From Nitrospirota bacterium (GTDB lineage Bacteria > Nitrospirota > Thermodesulfovibrionia > Thermodesulfovibrionales > Dissulfurispiraceae), in NCBI GenBank assembly GCA_040758355.1, contig JBFLWF010000005.1, positions 32,001 through 96,000 of the forward strand: DNA of 64,000 bases. Reading direction: 5' to 3'. The translations under genes and the position numbers were made by a program. Under the pieces are notes generated by a model. That model ran no database searches. It had not been told where the DNA came from and worked only from the letters and a program-made list of their open reading frames with translations. Positions 35,206 to 46,175 of this stretch are shown here, piece by piece; the stretch's first letter is position 1, and each line of letters starts with the position of its first letter.

Positions 35206-36048
35206 TTACTCCAGAAGCTGGGCCTTTTGTTCGGTGTATGCCTTCTTTATCTTTTCCTGCAATTCATTGAATTTTTCTTCTGACATGCCGAGGTGCTCCA
35301 GTTCGATTTTCGAAACATCAACAGGGCGTCTCAAACCAATGCCCATGTTCAGGCAGACTGCATCCGCTATCCTGATGATCTCGCAGAATGTCTCAAAATT
35401 GCTGTCTTCAAAGGTAGGAAATGTTTCGGCATGATGATATTCTATAACAATCTCGAGATTTTTAGGCAGTTTCCATTTACGTGCGATGAGGCCACCCACA
35501 TTGCAGTGGTTAAACCCGAGCATCTCGTCCTCGACCTCTATAAAAGGCAGTCCTTCTTCATAGACCTTCTCAATAACCACAGAGTATTGCTCCGGCAGGC
35601 TGTTGTTAAGAACTGTTTTTCCAACATCATGGATCAGCCCTGCAACAAGTGCCTCCTCTGATTGTACCAGCTTTGTCTCCATGGCGATGATGGATGCTGC
35701 AATGGAAACCCCGAGGCTGTGCTCCCAGAGCCTCTGTTCAAAAAGACCGAACTTCCTGTGAATATCCTTCAATGATGCAGCAACCACAAGATTTTTCATG
35801 GTGTTAAAGCCAATAAGAATTATAGCCGTAGATATCGTGTCTATGCTCCTGCCGCGGCCGTAATATGGAGAATTGGCAATCCTGAGAAGCCTTGTGGAAA
35901 ATGACTGGTCCCTGGAAATAATCTTTTCGAGCTCGTTTATGGACGAGTAGTCGTTATTCATCAACTGCAAGACCTTCATTGCCACTGTAGGTAGGCTCGG
36001 AATATCTACGGTCTCTAAAATAATCTTTTCTAACATCTCTTCCTTCAT
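35206..36048 (-). CDS. HDOD domain protein
   Basis: IPSLP, LLRIANSPYY, LWEHS, GLIHDVGK, WKLP, YHH. Confidence 0.92.
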   Translation of the reverse strand: MKEEMLEKIILETVDIPSLPTVAMKVLQLMNNDYSSINELEKIISRDQSFSTRLLRIANSPYYGRGRSIDTISTAIILIGFNTMKNLVVAASLKDIHRKFGLFEQRLWEHSLGVSIAASIIAMETKLVQSEEALVAGLIHDVGKTVLNNSLPEQYSVVIEKVYEEGLPFIEVEDEMLGFNHCNVGGLIARKWKLPKNLEIVIEYHHAETFPTFEDSNFETFCEIIRIADAVCLNMGIGLRRPVDVSKIELEHLGMSEEKFNELQEKIKKAYTEQKAQLLE

Positions 36049-36057
36049 TGTTATTCC

Positions 36058-36423
36058 TTAACCGTTTTCGAGCTCCATGAGTATATTTCTAAGCATTTCC
36101 AGTTTAAAGGGCTTGTTTATAACCTTTACGCCCTCTTTTTTTATAAACTCATCAAGCCTTTCATTCAGCACAGCGCCGGTAACAATAATGAATCTCTTTG
36201 CAAGTTCGCTGTTCATCTCCTTGATCCTGTAATAGAGATTATCTCCCGTAGCCCACGGCATCATGTAGTCGCAGAATACCGCCCAGTATTTATTGTTAAG
36301 AACAGCCTCCATGGATTCCTCGCATGACAGAAACACATCGGCCTCGTATCCGATGTTGTTCAGAAAGATCCTGATCAATTCGGCCACATCGGGTTCGTCA
36401 TCAACCACAAGTATCCTCTTCAT
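36058..36423 (-). CDS. Single-domain response regulator
   Basis: ILVVDDE, DYMMP, TG, KPF. Confidence 0.9.
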   Translation of the reverse strand: MKRILVVDDEPDVAELIRIFLNNIGYEADVFLSCEESMEAVLNNKYWAVFCDYMMPWATGDNLYYRIKEMNSELAKRFIIVTGAVLNERLDEFIKKEGVKVINKPFKLEMLRNILMELENG

Positions 36424-36424
36424 A

Positions 36425-37843
36425 TCATCCCCCGCACCGCTTAAGACTGATTATAACAGATAATCCATTATTCGTCACAAAGTCAATATCCCCGCCGTAA
36501 TTTCTTATCACGGAATAGGCTGTCGAGAGTCCCATTCCAAGGCGGCCGAACTCCTTTGTAGTGAAGAACGGTTCGATAAGCCTGCTGAGGAGTTCCCGTG
36601 GCACTCCGGCGCCGGTATCGCTGATTGTAATTATAACATTATCGTTATGTGCCCGGGATTTGACCGTCAATACCCTTTTATCAGCATCGCTCATGGCCTC
36701 TATGGCATTGGTTGCAATATTATAAAAAGCCCTGATAACGTCTTCCCGCGCCATTATGGAGGGCTCCGATGCATCGAACTCGGCTACTACAGACACCCCC
36801 CTGTTTTCGATCTCTTTCTGTAAAATGGAGAGGGTATTTTTCAGAGCCTCATTGATGGACACGGGATGAAGCGGCGCACTGTCAACGCCTGCAAAGTCCA
36901 TGAGTATTTTCATCAGTTTACTTATCCTTTCAGTTGCCTCCCTGATCTTCCCGCAGGCCTCTCTAAACCTTTCCTCATCCGAAAAACCTATGTCGGCAGC
37001 GAGCTGAACATAGCCGCTTATTATTGCGAGGGGATTGTTTATCTCGTGGGCAAGGCCCGATATAAGCCTTCCCACAGCAGCCATTTTTTCGGAGTCCTTG
37101 ATCCTTTCCTGCATTTCCGCCACATCGGTGATGTCCCTTATATCCTCAATCACGAACTGTATATTACCCTCCTTGTCCCTGAAAGGAGTGTAGACTATAT
37201 TGTGGATATGCCGTCTTCCCTTTATCGAATGGACATGGGTTATGCTTCTTTGGATCCCATCCTTATAAACCTCTTCTAAATAACACACTTCTCCCATTTC
37301 ATTGCAGGGTTTGCTATAGGAGTGAACTACCTCCCAGCATTTTTTTCCTACGACCTCGTCGCGGCTCAGCCCTGTATCGTTAAGAAACCTCTCATTGACC
37401 TCCACGATGGACTTGTTTGGAGATACGATAATCACATAATTCGATATGGAGTCATAGAGCTGCTTGAAATAATTTTTGGCATCGTCCAGTTCCTTTGTAA
37501 GCAGATTGATGTCTTTAGCCATTCTGTTAAATGCATCATGCACCCTTTGAAAATCCTCGATATCCACATCAGGGACCCTGTAATCGAAATCTCCATTGGA
37601 AAACCTCTCTGCCGCGGTCACCAACTCCTTCAGCGGCTTTTCGGTCTTTGAAGCAAATATGTACGAGACAATAAAAGAGAAGACGATTAAAAGAAGTATA
37701 AATCCCATGAAAAACAGCTTTAGGCCAAAAGGCTCCATGCCTTTCTCCTGCAGATAAACAGATATAATCGTGAACAGCATTACGGGGAGCACTGCAAGGG
37801 AGGCAGATACAATAAATAGCCTTGTAAATAGATTTCTCCTCAT
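36425..37843 (-). CDS. Sensor histidine kinase (2TM-HAMP-PAS-HisKA-HATPase)
   Basis: AHEINNPL, NAIEAM, DTGAG, PFFTTK; start revised to ATG 37843 (ATGA overlap). Confidence 0.9.
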   Translation of the reverse strand: MRRNLFTRLFIVSASLAVLPVMLFTIISVYLQEKGMEPFGLKLFFMGFILLLIVFSFIVSYIFASKTEKPLKELVTAAERFSNGDFDYRVPDVDIEDFQRVHDAFNRMAKDINLLTKELDDAKNYFKQLYDSISNYVIIVSPNKSIVEVNERFLNDTGLSRDEVVGKKCWEVVHSYSKPCNEMGEVCYLEEVYKDGIQRSITHVHSIKGRRHIHNIVYTPFRDKEGNIQFVIEDIRDITDVAEMQERIKDSEKMAAVGRLISGLAHEINNPLAIISGYVQLAADIGFSDEERFREACGKIREATERISKLMKILMDFAGVDSAPLHPVSINEALKNTLSILQKEIENRGVSVVAEFDASEPSIMAREDVIRAFYNIATNAIEAMSDADKRVLTVKSRAHNDNVIITISDTGAGVPRELLSRLIEPFFTTKEFGRLGMGLSTAYSVIRNYGGDIDFVTNNGLSVIISLKRCGG

Positions 37844-38451
37844 TCCCACCTCATGGAAAATCCCAGCATCAATATCAGAAAGCCCACCGGCCTGATAATA
37901 TGCCCTGCCATCCACGGAAACGATCTAACATCCGCAGGAAAGAATAAGAATACAGAACTTACTGCAACAAGAAAAAAGCCGACTGTTATAGCGCCAATAT
38001 GCTTTTTTCTGTCCCTGATGTATTCGGACAGATATATTACAGACAGAAGAGATGATAAAAACGCCGTGGGCATCCAGAGTGAAAACCTTGTCTTAAAGAA
38101 GTCTGCCATCATACTGCTTGACAAAAACAGTACGGTCAACAGGACAAAAAATATCGAAGGGATGTATTTTTTAACCCTGCTTTCCTTTCTTACAAATGGA
38201 GATGCAAGTATAGAAGCAAAGCCGGTCAGGTAGCCCATAAGAGAACCGTATAAAAGCCCCTGAACCTCGCCGAAAACGTGACCCATAATATGGATGGCGC
38301 TGCTCACCGAAAGGATAAAGAACCCTTCTGCGGTCATGAAGGAGAGGCTGTCAGGCGTCTGTCTGTGCCTTTTTGCCATTGCAAACGCAATTATAAAGCA
38401 GGCAATGCTGACAATGAGCTCTTCTAAGTTGTGGTAGAGATAGCCTTTCAT
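37840..38451 (-). CDS. Multi-pass (about 7 TM) membrane protein
   Basis: Hydrophobic segments throughout; translationally coupled to the kinase. Confidence 0.75.
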   Translation of the reverse strand: MKGYLYHNLEELIVSIACFIIAFAMAKRHRQTPDSLSFMTAEGFFILSVSSAIHIMGHVFGEVQGLLYGSLMGYLTGFASILASPFVRKESRVKKYIPSIFFVLLTVLFLSSSMMADFFKTRFSLWMPTAFLSSLLSVIYLSEYIRDRKKHIGAITVGFFLVAVSSVFLFFPADVRSFPWMAGHIIRPVGFLILMLGFSMRWE

Positions 38452-38465
38452 ATAGGATAATTATA

Positions 38466-39731
38466 TCAGCCCACGAATTGTTTTACAGCAACATACTCTT
38501 CGCCTGCCTTAAGCTGGGCATCGAGCCGCACATCATTGAGATGCCTGAAATATGCTCTTGCCACATCCACGATGCTTTTATCAAGACTATTGTTTTTAGC
38601 CATGTCCTCTATTATTTTTAATGCATCTTCTCCTGACATTCCCTTCCTGTAAGGTCTATCCTCTGTTATAGCAGTGAAGACATCCGCCACTGCCATAATC
38701 CGTGAGCCTATGGGCAACTCGCCTCCTTTTATATGAAACGGATAGCCTTTTCCATCCATCCGTTCATGGTGAAAAGAGGCCCATGTATTTATAATATCAA
38801 GCCCTGATACTGCCTCGAGTATTCTGTAGGAGTGGTAAACATGACTCTTCATGATATTGAATTCTTCATCAGAAAGCCTTGCGGGTTTTTCGAGTATCTC
38901 CGAGGGGACAGCCAGTTTGCCGATGTCGTGGAGATAACCTGCAACCGACATCATCCTGCACTCTATTTCCGAGAAACCTATCATCTGCGCCAATAATGTT
39001 GCTACTGCACTGACGCCTGCTGAATGGACTGCTGTAAATGGGCTCCTGTAATCGACGACATGACTGAAAAGCTTAGCAATCATTAGAAGGCCTTCCATAT
39101 CCAATTCTATATCAGGCAATGCATTTCTATCCGAAATTATCTGGTCAATCTCCGGCGATGCTGCATCAAACCAGAAAGATTCTTTAGCTGACAGATTCTC
39201 AAAGACTTCTACAAGATCGGGCACAAATATATTATTAGAGCGGGATTTAATTGCATCCACCACTTTTTTCTTTTGACTTAATATCTCCTGTTGTTTATCG
39301 ATAAGCACCTCTACCCTGTCGGCAAGATGAATGATATGGCCGCCAACAGGGATTTCCTCCCCATTAAACCTGCACCCCTCGCCTCCTTCCCACGGGATAT
39401 GATGGTAACGGATAAGCTTGGAGATGGCGGGGTACATATCAAAGTCCTTGATAAGCAGATATCCCCTTTCAGCATGCAGGTAAGGGTTTTTAATCTCGAA
39501 TTCGAGGGCATCGATCTTTTCATGTTCGGAAAAAACACCAATGTCATGAATTGCCGATGCTAAAAATATATCATTTCTATCCTGCCGTGAGAGCCCTGAT
39601 TCCTTTGCTATCTCACTGGCAATTACAGCCACCCTCAGATGATGGTTAGCAACTTTTGGATTAACAAAATCCAGCGCCTTTGAAAAAGAGAGAACAAGAT
39701 CAGAAAGTTTAATCCTTATGTTTCCTATCAC
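38466..39731 (-). CDS. Tandem HD / HD-GYP phosphodiesterase
   Basis: Two HDIG motifs; second domain [11 protein letters not shown] and EDRPYR. Confidence 0.9.
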   Translation of the reverse strand: MIGNIRIKLSDLVLSFSKALDFVNPKVANHHLRVAVIASEIAKESGLSRQDRNDIFLASAIHDIGVFSEHEKIDALEFEIKNPYLHAERGYLLIKDFDMYPAISKLIRYHHIPWEGGEGCRFNGEEIPVGGHIIHLADRVEVLIDKQQEILSQKKKVVDAIKSRSNNIFVPDLVEVFENLSAKESFWFDAASPEIDQIISDRNALPDIELDMEGLLMIAKLFSHVVDYRSPFTAVHSAGVSAVATLLAQMIGFSEIECRMMSVAGYLHDIGKLAVPSEILEKPARLSDEEFNIMKSHVYHSYRILEAVSGLDIINTWASFHHERMDGKGYPFHIKGGELPIGSRIMAVADVFTAITEDRPYRKGMSGEDALKIIEDMAKNNSLDKSIVDVARAYFRHLNDVRLDAQLKAGEEYVAVKQFVG

Positions 39732-41701
39732 GCCTCAGCCTCAAGTCTTGCGAGTATGGAGATAATCTCATCAACAAGTTTTACCGACTCTGCTATGCAT
39801 GTTTTTGTTAATTCCCTGTCTCCCCGCCGGGCTGCCTCATAGGCATTAAGACCTAACTCGTGCAATCTCTTGTGAGGAGACTCTATCTCTCTAAAGGCTC
39901 CGAGGCTTCCAAAGAATTCCTTCCCTTCTCCGTAATGCCATTTCCCCATCCTTGATTTATCGGCCTGCAATTCATCCATGTTCATGGATATATCCCGCGC
40001 ATCGATCAAATCCATGATCCTGTAGAGCCATAAGACGTAGTCTGCCTTTGTCACTCCTATTTTCATTTTAGGATCATAAAAACCATCCAGCAATTTAAGA
40101 AATTCCTTTGCATTGACGCCGAATTTATTGAAAGAGGCTGTCATATCTTTCACTGCGTGAGAGCTTTCTTTTGCATTTTCGGCTATGTTTGTCAAGTTGG
40201 TCGATATCTCTGTTACAGTGGCCGACTGCTCTTCGGTTGCCGTAACAATCTGGTGTACCATGTCGGCAACCCTCTGGAAACTGCTATGTATATCTCCGAA
40301 AGACTCGTCAAGGTGCCGGGCTATAGCAGCAGTGGCCTTTACCTTTTCCACAGCCACATCCATCATGTCGGTTGCGCTTATCGTGCCTGTATGGATGGAG
40401 CTTAGGATATTATTGATCTCTGCTGTGGCGTTTGTAGTCCTCTGGGCAAGTTTTCTCACCTCGTCGGCCACAACCGCAAAGCCCCTGCCCTGCTCTCCTG
40501 CCCTTGCCGCTTCGATAGCTGCATTCAGGGCAAGGAGATTGGTCTGGTCTGCAATGTCCTTTATCATGACCACGATCTCGTCTATCTTTTTTGAGAATTC
40601 GGACAGGTCTCTGACCTTATCCGAAGCCATTTCTATCTGTGTGTTCACGCCATCTATAGAGGAGACGGTCTCATCAATCATCCCTTTGCCTTTAAGCGAT
40701 ACATTCATTGCATTCTCGGCTGCCTGCGATGCAACATTGATGTTTCTTGCTATATCGCCGATTGTGGACGACATCTCCTCTGTTGCGGTTGCAGCAGTGG
40801 TTGTACGTTCAAGGTCCTTGTCAACCCTATGCGATACATCCTTTCCGTAAAGTGTGAGATTGGTGGCATCCTTGAGGATGTGAGCAGTCTTATTCGCCAC
40901 GTCCCTCATAACATGCCGCGTCGCCTTTATTATGCTCGTTACATCATCCGCCACTTTTCCGAACTCATCGCCGGTCTTTGATTCGACCTTGACCGTAAGG
41001 TCTCCTTTGGCAACTTTTTCTGCTGAGGAGCTTATGCCATGAAGGACGCCGATAACATACCTGTTGATGAACCAAAAAGAAAACGCAAAGGCTACGGCAA
41101 ATATGGCTACTACAATGACTATTACCGTTGTTATGGTGGTCTTTATTTCCCTGTTTATGGTCCCCATATTCAGGACAAATTGTTTTCTTGAGGACTCTAT
41201 TATCTCATTGGCAATGCCAATAAACGCCTTAGACCTCTCTGCCTGAACAGTCCCGAGAATTTTTAGGGCATCGCTGACCTTGCCGTCCTTTACAAGGGGC
41301 ACAAGTTCTTTTGAGATCGTGTCCCTAAAGGGATTCAGCGCCTTTTCCATTCCGCCTATCTTTTCCCTGAATATCCCCTTTTTAAGTTTTGACATGTTCT
41401 CATCTATAGCTTCCGAGATAGAAGCAATGACGCCTTCCTGGTTTTCCCAGACATCGGGGTCCTTTGCTATTGCCATCCTCAAGAACGCTGCCCTGATTCC
41501 ATTGATGTCCGCCTTGAGCTGGTTTATAAGCTGGATATCGTTGCTCACGGCATTCATGGAATCATAGCGTGACTTGATATTCAGAAAGCTGATGCCTATG
41601 ATGCCTATGATTCCGCATATCAGAACGCTCATGAAGACATAGCCCATCAATACCTTTTTCTTCAGGCTAATGGAAAGCAAACGATTAATCAACCCTCTCA
41701 T
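39728..41701 (-). CDS. Methyl-accepting chemotaxis protein with C-terminal degenerate CZB domain
   Basis: 2 [41 protein letters not shown]-terminal ..W...GKW...H..LH. Confidence 0.92.
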   Translation of the reverse strand: MRGLINRLLSISLKKKVLMGYVFMSVLICGIIGIIGISFLNIKSRYDSMNAVSNDIQLINQLKADINGIRAAFLRMAIAKDPDVWENQEGVIASISEAIDENMSKLKKGIFREKIGGMEKALNPFRDTISKELVPLVKDGKVSDALKILGTVQAERSKAFIGIANEIIESSRKQFVLNMGTINREIKTTITTVIVIVVAIFAVAFAFSFWFINRYVIGVLHGISSSAEKVAKGDLTVKVESKTGDEFGKVADDVTSIIKATRHVMRDVANKTAHILKDATNLTLYGKDVSHRVDKDLERTTTAATATEEMSSTIGDIARNINVASQAAENAMNVSLKGKGMIDETVSSIDGVNTQIEMASDKVRDLSEFSKKIDEIVVMIKDIADQTNLLALNAAIEAARAGEQGRGFAVVADEVRKLAQRTTNATAEINNILSSIHTGTISATDMMDVAVEKVKATAAIARHLDESFGDIHSSFQRVADMVHQIVTATEEQSATVTEISTNLTNIAENAKESSHAVKDMTASFNKFGVNAKEFLKLLDGFYDPKMKIGVTKADYVLWLYRIMDLIDARDISMNMDELQADKSRMGKWHYGEGKEFFGSLGAFREIESPHKRLHELGLNAYEAARRGDRELTKTCIAESVKLVDEIISILARLEAEA

Positions 41702-41712
41702 CCTGCCTCCAT

Positions 41713-42768
41713 CTACACCGCATTTATAATCTCTCCTGCCATCTCCTCTAAAGACAATACCTTATCCGCTATGCCGGCATCCACAACCGCCTTCGGCATT
41801 CCATAGACAACGCAGGTATCTTCGTTCTGGGCAAATATCCTTCCGCCTGTCTTCTTTAATTCAGTAAGTCCTTTAAGCCCGTCGTTTCCCATGCCGGTAA
41901 GTATTACTCCCAGCGCCCTGCCTGGAAAAAATTCCGCTACAGAAAACATAAGGGCATCGACAGATGGACGGTAAATAAACTCCTCTTTGCCCTCGGAAAT
42001 GGTGATGACGGTCTCTATTCCCCTTGGTCTCTTCACCCTCATATGGCCCCTGCCGGGCGCTATATATGCAACACCATTTTTTAAAGATTCTCCCTCCTCT
42101 GCCTCCTTCACCGTGATCTGGCTGAGCTGATTCAGCCTCTCGGCAAAGGGGCCGGTAAAGTTTGGAGGCATATGCTGGGCTATGACTATGGGTGTGGGGA
42201 AGTCCTTTGGCAGTTTGGGGATTATCTCCTGAAGCGCCTTAGGCCCGCCGGTAGAAGTCCCTATGGACACCAGGTTTATCCTGCGCTCTCCCGTTGTTCT
42301 CACGGGCATTGATTTGGGAATTTCTATTGCCTTTGGTGCTGTTACCGGCCTGATGCGCCTTTTCACAATGCCTTTCCGGGCAATATGCTTTATTTTGTCA
42401 ATCAATATCTCTCTTATCTTCACAATATTTATCGAAAGGTCGGAGAGGTTTTTGGGTATAAAGTCCACAGCGCCGAGGTCAAGGGCATCCAGTGTAACCT
42501 TTGCTCCCTCTGTGGTAATGGAGCTTACCATAATTACAGGAACGGGATTCTTCTCCATTATATGCTTCAGTGCAGCGATGCCGTCCATCCTCGGCATTTC
42601 AACGTCCATCGTCACAATATCGGGGTTGAGGCTCGCAACCTTTTCCAGCGCCTCAAGGCCGTCCCTCGCTGTGCCGACAATCTTGATCTCAGGGTCGGAT
42701 GAAAGCATGTTGGACAGCGCATTCCTCATGAATGCCGAATCGTCAACAATTAGAACCTTTACAATCAT
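41713..42768 (-). CDS. cheB: Chemotaxis methylesterase
   Basis: REC domain plus [22 protein letters not shown]. Confidence 0.96.
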   Translation of the reverse strand: MIVKVLIVDDSAFMRNALSNMLSSDPEIKIVGTARDGLEALEKVASLNPDIVTMDVEMPRMDGIAALKHIMEKNPVPVIMVSSITTEGAKVTLDALDLGAVDFIPKNLSDLSINIVKIREILIDKIKHIARKGIVKRRIRPVTAPKAIEIPKSMPVRTTGERRINLVSIGTSTGGPKALQEIIPKLPKDFPTPIVIAQHMPPNFTGPFAERLNQLSQITVKEAEEGESLKNGVAYIAPGRGHMRVKRPRGIETVITISEGKEEFIYRPSVDALMFSVAEFFPGRALGVILTGMGNDGLKGLTELKKTGGRIFAQNEDTCVVYGMPKAVVDAGIADKVLSLEEMAGEIINAV

Positions 42769-45218
42769 ACCTTAAACCAGCCTGCCATTGAGTTCAATTC
42801 TGTGGCAAGTCTTGATAGGTCTCCTGCTGCGCGTTTTATTTCAACAATGGAGTTGCCCAGTTCCCTCGTTATTACTGCAATGTTCTCCATATTATGGGAA
42901 ACCTCCTCAGAAGCCGAAGACTGCTCCTCGGTAGCCACAGCGATCCTCTGAACCATGTCAGCAACCTGCTCTACATAAGCGACTATATCGTCTATGGACT
43001 TCAATGTACTGTTTACGTGCTCAAGCACCTTTCCGACAGATTCCCTTTCTTCCTTCATGAAATGCACAGAATCCGCAACCTCAGTCTGCATTGCCCTAAC
43101 AGTGTTTCCAATATCGCCGGTTGCAACAGTTGTCCTTTCTGCAAGTTGTCTGACATTGTCCGCCACCACAGCAAACCCCCTTCCCTGCTCCCCTGCACGG
43201 GCTGCTTCTATAGCTGCATTCAATGCAAGGAGATTGGTCTGGTCTGCTATATCCTTTATCAATGTTATGACATTATTTATCTCCTCCGATTTCTGTCCGA
43301 GGGATTCCACCTTTTCTGCGGATTCCTTGACTGTATCGGCAAATTTCTGCAGTTCCTGCATTGTTATATGCATTGCATCTTTGCCCTGAAGTGCTATTTT
43401 CTTCATCTTCTGAGCAGTATCCGCTGTGTGGGATGCATTCTTTGCCACATCCAGTGTTGTCTGTGACATCTCTGTCATTGCCGTTGCAGACTGCTCTATC
43501 TGCATGCCCTGTTCATGGGAGCCCTTCTCTATCGTAGTTGCGGTAGCCGACAGCTCCTCTGAGCTGCTTGCAAGACTTCCCGTAGATGTCCTTATCTTTC
43601 CGACTATATCTTTCAGGTTCGATACCATTGTGCACATGGATGACTGAACTGTGCCAATCTCGTCCACAGGACGCGCACATATCTCGGATGTCAGGTCGCC
43701 TTTTGCCACATTGTTTGAAATCCCTATGAGTTCGTTTAAAGGCCTTGCTATGGACCTGTAAACCCATGTGCCAAAGGCAATGCCGAATACGATCGCACCT
43801 ATTCCTATGGCTGCAATGAGTATTGTGCTGAATCTCACCATCTTGTTCACCGTTCCGATAGATTTTTCCTGCTCTCCCTGAGCAGCGGTAACGGTCTCCT
43901 TTCCCTTTGCTGCCTGTTTCAGGACTATCTCCCTCAATCTCTCGGTAGCCTGCAAAGCCTTCTCCTTCATGGTAAGCTGATGTCTTATCTTTGCAATTAT
44001 GCCGTCCCTTGCGAGCAGCATTCCTTTAATGGAATTCAATGCCGCTTTAACGCCATCGAGTGTCTTAACCTCTTCTTTGACCTCTAATTTTTTAAGCGCA
44101 GTCTCGATGGGTTTAATTACATTATCTATTTTCTCAAAGGTCTTTTTGATCTCCGATTCTATAACATCGACTTCTTTTGTGCTCGATATCGAAGTAAAGA
44201 GCCTGGTCGTCAATCCCTCTACATGAGAACTGAGCGCAACAAGCTTCGAACTCCTTATGAGGGCGTTATTGGCTGTATTTGCCTCTACCACAAGGCTCCC
44301 CTGCCTTGCTGCCTCAGCCGCAGATTTTTCACTGGCAGATGCTATCTCTTGCTCTGTGTTCAATAAAATAGCCGAGAGTTTCTCTGTTACTCCTTTCAAG
44401 ATTTCTTCGAATTTTGTTTTATCGGCACCGGTCTTTTCGAGTATTTCCATCTGGCGCTCTACAAGATTACCTATCCTTTCAGCGACGAGCTTGATATCGT
44501 CATGAAGGTGTTTGGATTCTTTCACATGCTCATTCTGCAATGCCTTATTTATTGCTGAATTGGCCTTGCCACGGGCTATGATAAGGGATTTCTTGTCGGT
44601 CGCTCGTTGTATCTCAAAAATGGAAACCTGTAAATCCTTTAATACCACCTTTAGATTCTCTATGTTTCTCATTTTCGATGTAATCACCTTTGTATCTTCC
44701 ATCGATGTATTAAAGGCTGCAGAACGGTTAAACTGGACGGATCTCACTTTTGTATCCATATCATCCAATTTCACAGAGGCATCTTTCAGCCTCTGAGTAA
44801 TGGTCTTGTTTGCGGTAACCGCATCTTCTTCAGCCTTTAATCTGCCTTCCGTTATCTCGAAAACCTCTTTTGCTATACGGCTCAATTCATTGTAGGTCTC
44901 CATCTTTGAGCCCCCTGACAGAGACTCCAATGAATCCTGGGTATTCTTAACCTCTGACAGAGATTTTTCGGCTTCTGCGCGATGGGTCTTATATTCTTCC
45001 ATGCTTTTCGATGCGCTTACCTTTACGAGATCGGCAGTAGTCCCCTGTATTGCCCTTTGAAGTTCGAGCGTCCTCACCTGATAAGGCGTACTCCGTTCCG
45101 TAAGATAAAAGAGCTTGCTCTTAACAAACCCCATGCCTATAATGCTCGTGGCAGCAACGACGCCGACAATCACGATTACGATAATTACATTCCATGTCAG
45201 CTTGGTCTTTATAGTCAT
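42765..45218 (-). CDS. Methyl-accepting chemotaxis protein with ~430-aa helical periplasmic domain
   Basis: 2 TM, HAMP, MCP signalling hairpin [17 protein letters not shown]. Confidence 0.92.
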   Translation of the reverse strand: MTIKTKLTWNVIIVIVIVGVVAATSIIGMGFVKSKLFYLTERSTPYQVRTLELQRAIQGTTADLVKVSASKSMEEYKTHRAEAEKSLSEVKNTQDSLESLSGGSKMETYNELSRIAKEVFEITEGRLKAEEDAVTANKTITQRLKDASVKLDDMDTKVRSVQFNRSAAFNTSMEDTKVITSKMRNIENLKVVLKDLQVSIFEIQRATDKKSLIIARGKANSAINKALQNEHVKESKHLHDDIKLVAERIGNLVERQMEILEKTGADKTKFEEILKGVTEKLSAILLNTEQEIASASEKSAAEAARQGSLVVEANTANNALIRSSKLVALSSHVEGLTTRLFTSISSTKEVDVIESEIKKTFEKIDNVIKPIETALKKLEVKEEVKTLDGVKAALNSIKGMLLARDGIIAKIRHQLTMKEKALQATERLREIVLKQAAKGKETVTAAQGEQEKSIGTVNKMVRFSTILIAAIGIGAIVFGIAFGTWVYRSIARPLNELIGISNNVAKGDLTSEICARPVDEIGTVQSSMCTMVSNLKDIVGKIRTSTGSLASSSEELSATATTIEKGSHEQGMQIEQSATAMTEMSQTTLDVAKNASHTADTAQKMKKIALQGKDAMHITMQELQKFADTVKESAEKVESLGQKSEEINNVITLIKDIADQTNLLALNAAIEAARAGEQGRGFAVVADNVRQLAERTTVATGDIGNTVRAMQTEVADSVHFMKEERESVGKVLEHVNSTLKSIDDIVAYVEQVADMVQRIAVATEEQSSASEEVSHNMENIAVITRELGNSIVEIKRAAGDLSRLATELNSMAGWFKV

Positions 45219-45345
45219 AATACTCTCCCCCTTCCTTCAAAACCTCCCCCCTCATCCTGTCCTTCCTCCCTTATGAGAAAGGACAGTCTCCTCTTTAGCA
45301 TGAGGAATTTATTACTGTTAATTTTTGTTTTATCTTTATCCATTT

Positions 45346-46110
45346 CTACTGTTTTATATATTTCTGACCTTCGCCTTTTATGAAATCTATTAATTTCTGG
45401 ACATTTGGAGACGGTTTGCCTTTAGTAAGCAGGATTATCGGCCTCGCTACTTCAGGGGTTTCAGGAGACTTTACAGTGGCATCAACAACCGCTGCAGGGC
45501 CTATCCCCACTGCCTCTGGATTCGATGCAACATTCTGTCTCACATCTTCTGCTGTTGTTGCTTCAAGGACATCCTTTGTCTGAGCCTGACCATCGAGCAT
45601 ATTCTTTACGAATAAACTGTTTGTTCCGGGAATGAGCTTGCCCCATACGACTATAATAGGCATATCTTTTCCGCCCACGTCCTTCCAGTTGGCTATTTTC
45701 CCGGTGAATATGCCCTTTAACTGCTCTTTTGAAAGCTTTGAGACAGGATTGTCTTTATGTAAAAGGACGATAATCTTATCCTTTCCGATGGTCACCTGCT
45801 GCAGTGATGCCGGGTCTTTAACCTCTGCCCCCTCTTTTTTCATGAGGCCCATCCAGTCATCGAAGGTAAGGCCTGCTGCGGCGGCGTCAACAGTACCCTT
45901 TTCCAGATCCTGCAGAGCAATCTTTGGTCCTGAAGCAATAATCTGAAGTTTTATTCCTGTTGCCTTTTCAAAATGTTCTTTTACGGGCTTCAAAACATTC
46001 TCCGTCGGTGCAGCGCCTGCCCCCACCTTGACTTCCTGTGCATAGGCGCTGATACTTAATGACAAAAGAAAAATAACAACTACTGCCAAAACCAGCCCAT
46101 ACCTTTTCAT
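45346..46110 (-). CDS. Periplasmic substrate-binding protein (PstS-like, PBP type 2)
   Basis: Signal peptide, NPVSKLSKEQLKGIFTGKIANWKDVGG, PGT; start revised to ATG 46110. Confidence 0.85.
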   Translation of the reverse strand: MKRYGLVLAVVVIFLLSLSISAYAQEVKVGAGAAPTENVLKPVKEHFEKATGIKLQIIASGPKIALQDLEKGTVDAAAAGLTFDDWMGLMKKEGAEVKDPASLQQVTIGKDKIIVLLHKDNPVSKLSKEQLKGIFTGKIANWKDVGGKDMPIIVVWGKLIPGTNSLFVKNMLDGQAQTKDVLEATTAEDVRQNVASNPEAVGIGPAAVVDATVKSPETPEVARPIILLTKGKPSPNVQKLIDFIKGEGQKYIKQ

Positions 46111-46175
46111 ATTCTCCCCCAAAAATTAAGATATTGCCACCAAAGGTGGATAGTTAACGGTTTGAACCGTTAAGA

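Noticed and set aside
46125..46140. Sigma54 promoter upstream of the SBP gene (TGGCAATATC...)
   Set aside because: No GC at the -12 position.
46154..46173. Perfect palindrome TTAACGGTT-TG-AACCGTTAA as an intrinsic terminator
   Set aside because: No U-tract on the sense strand; it could be an operator or pause site but the function is unsupported.
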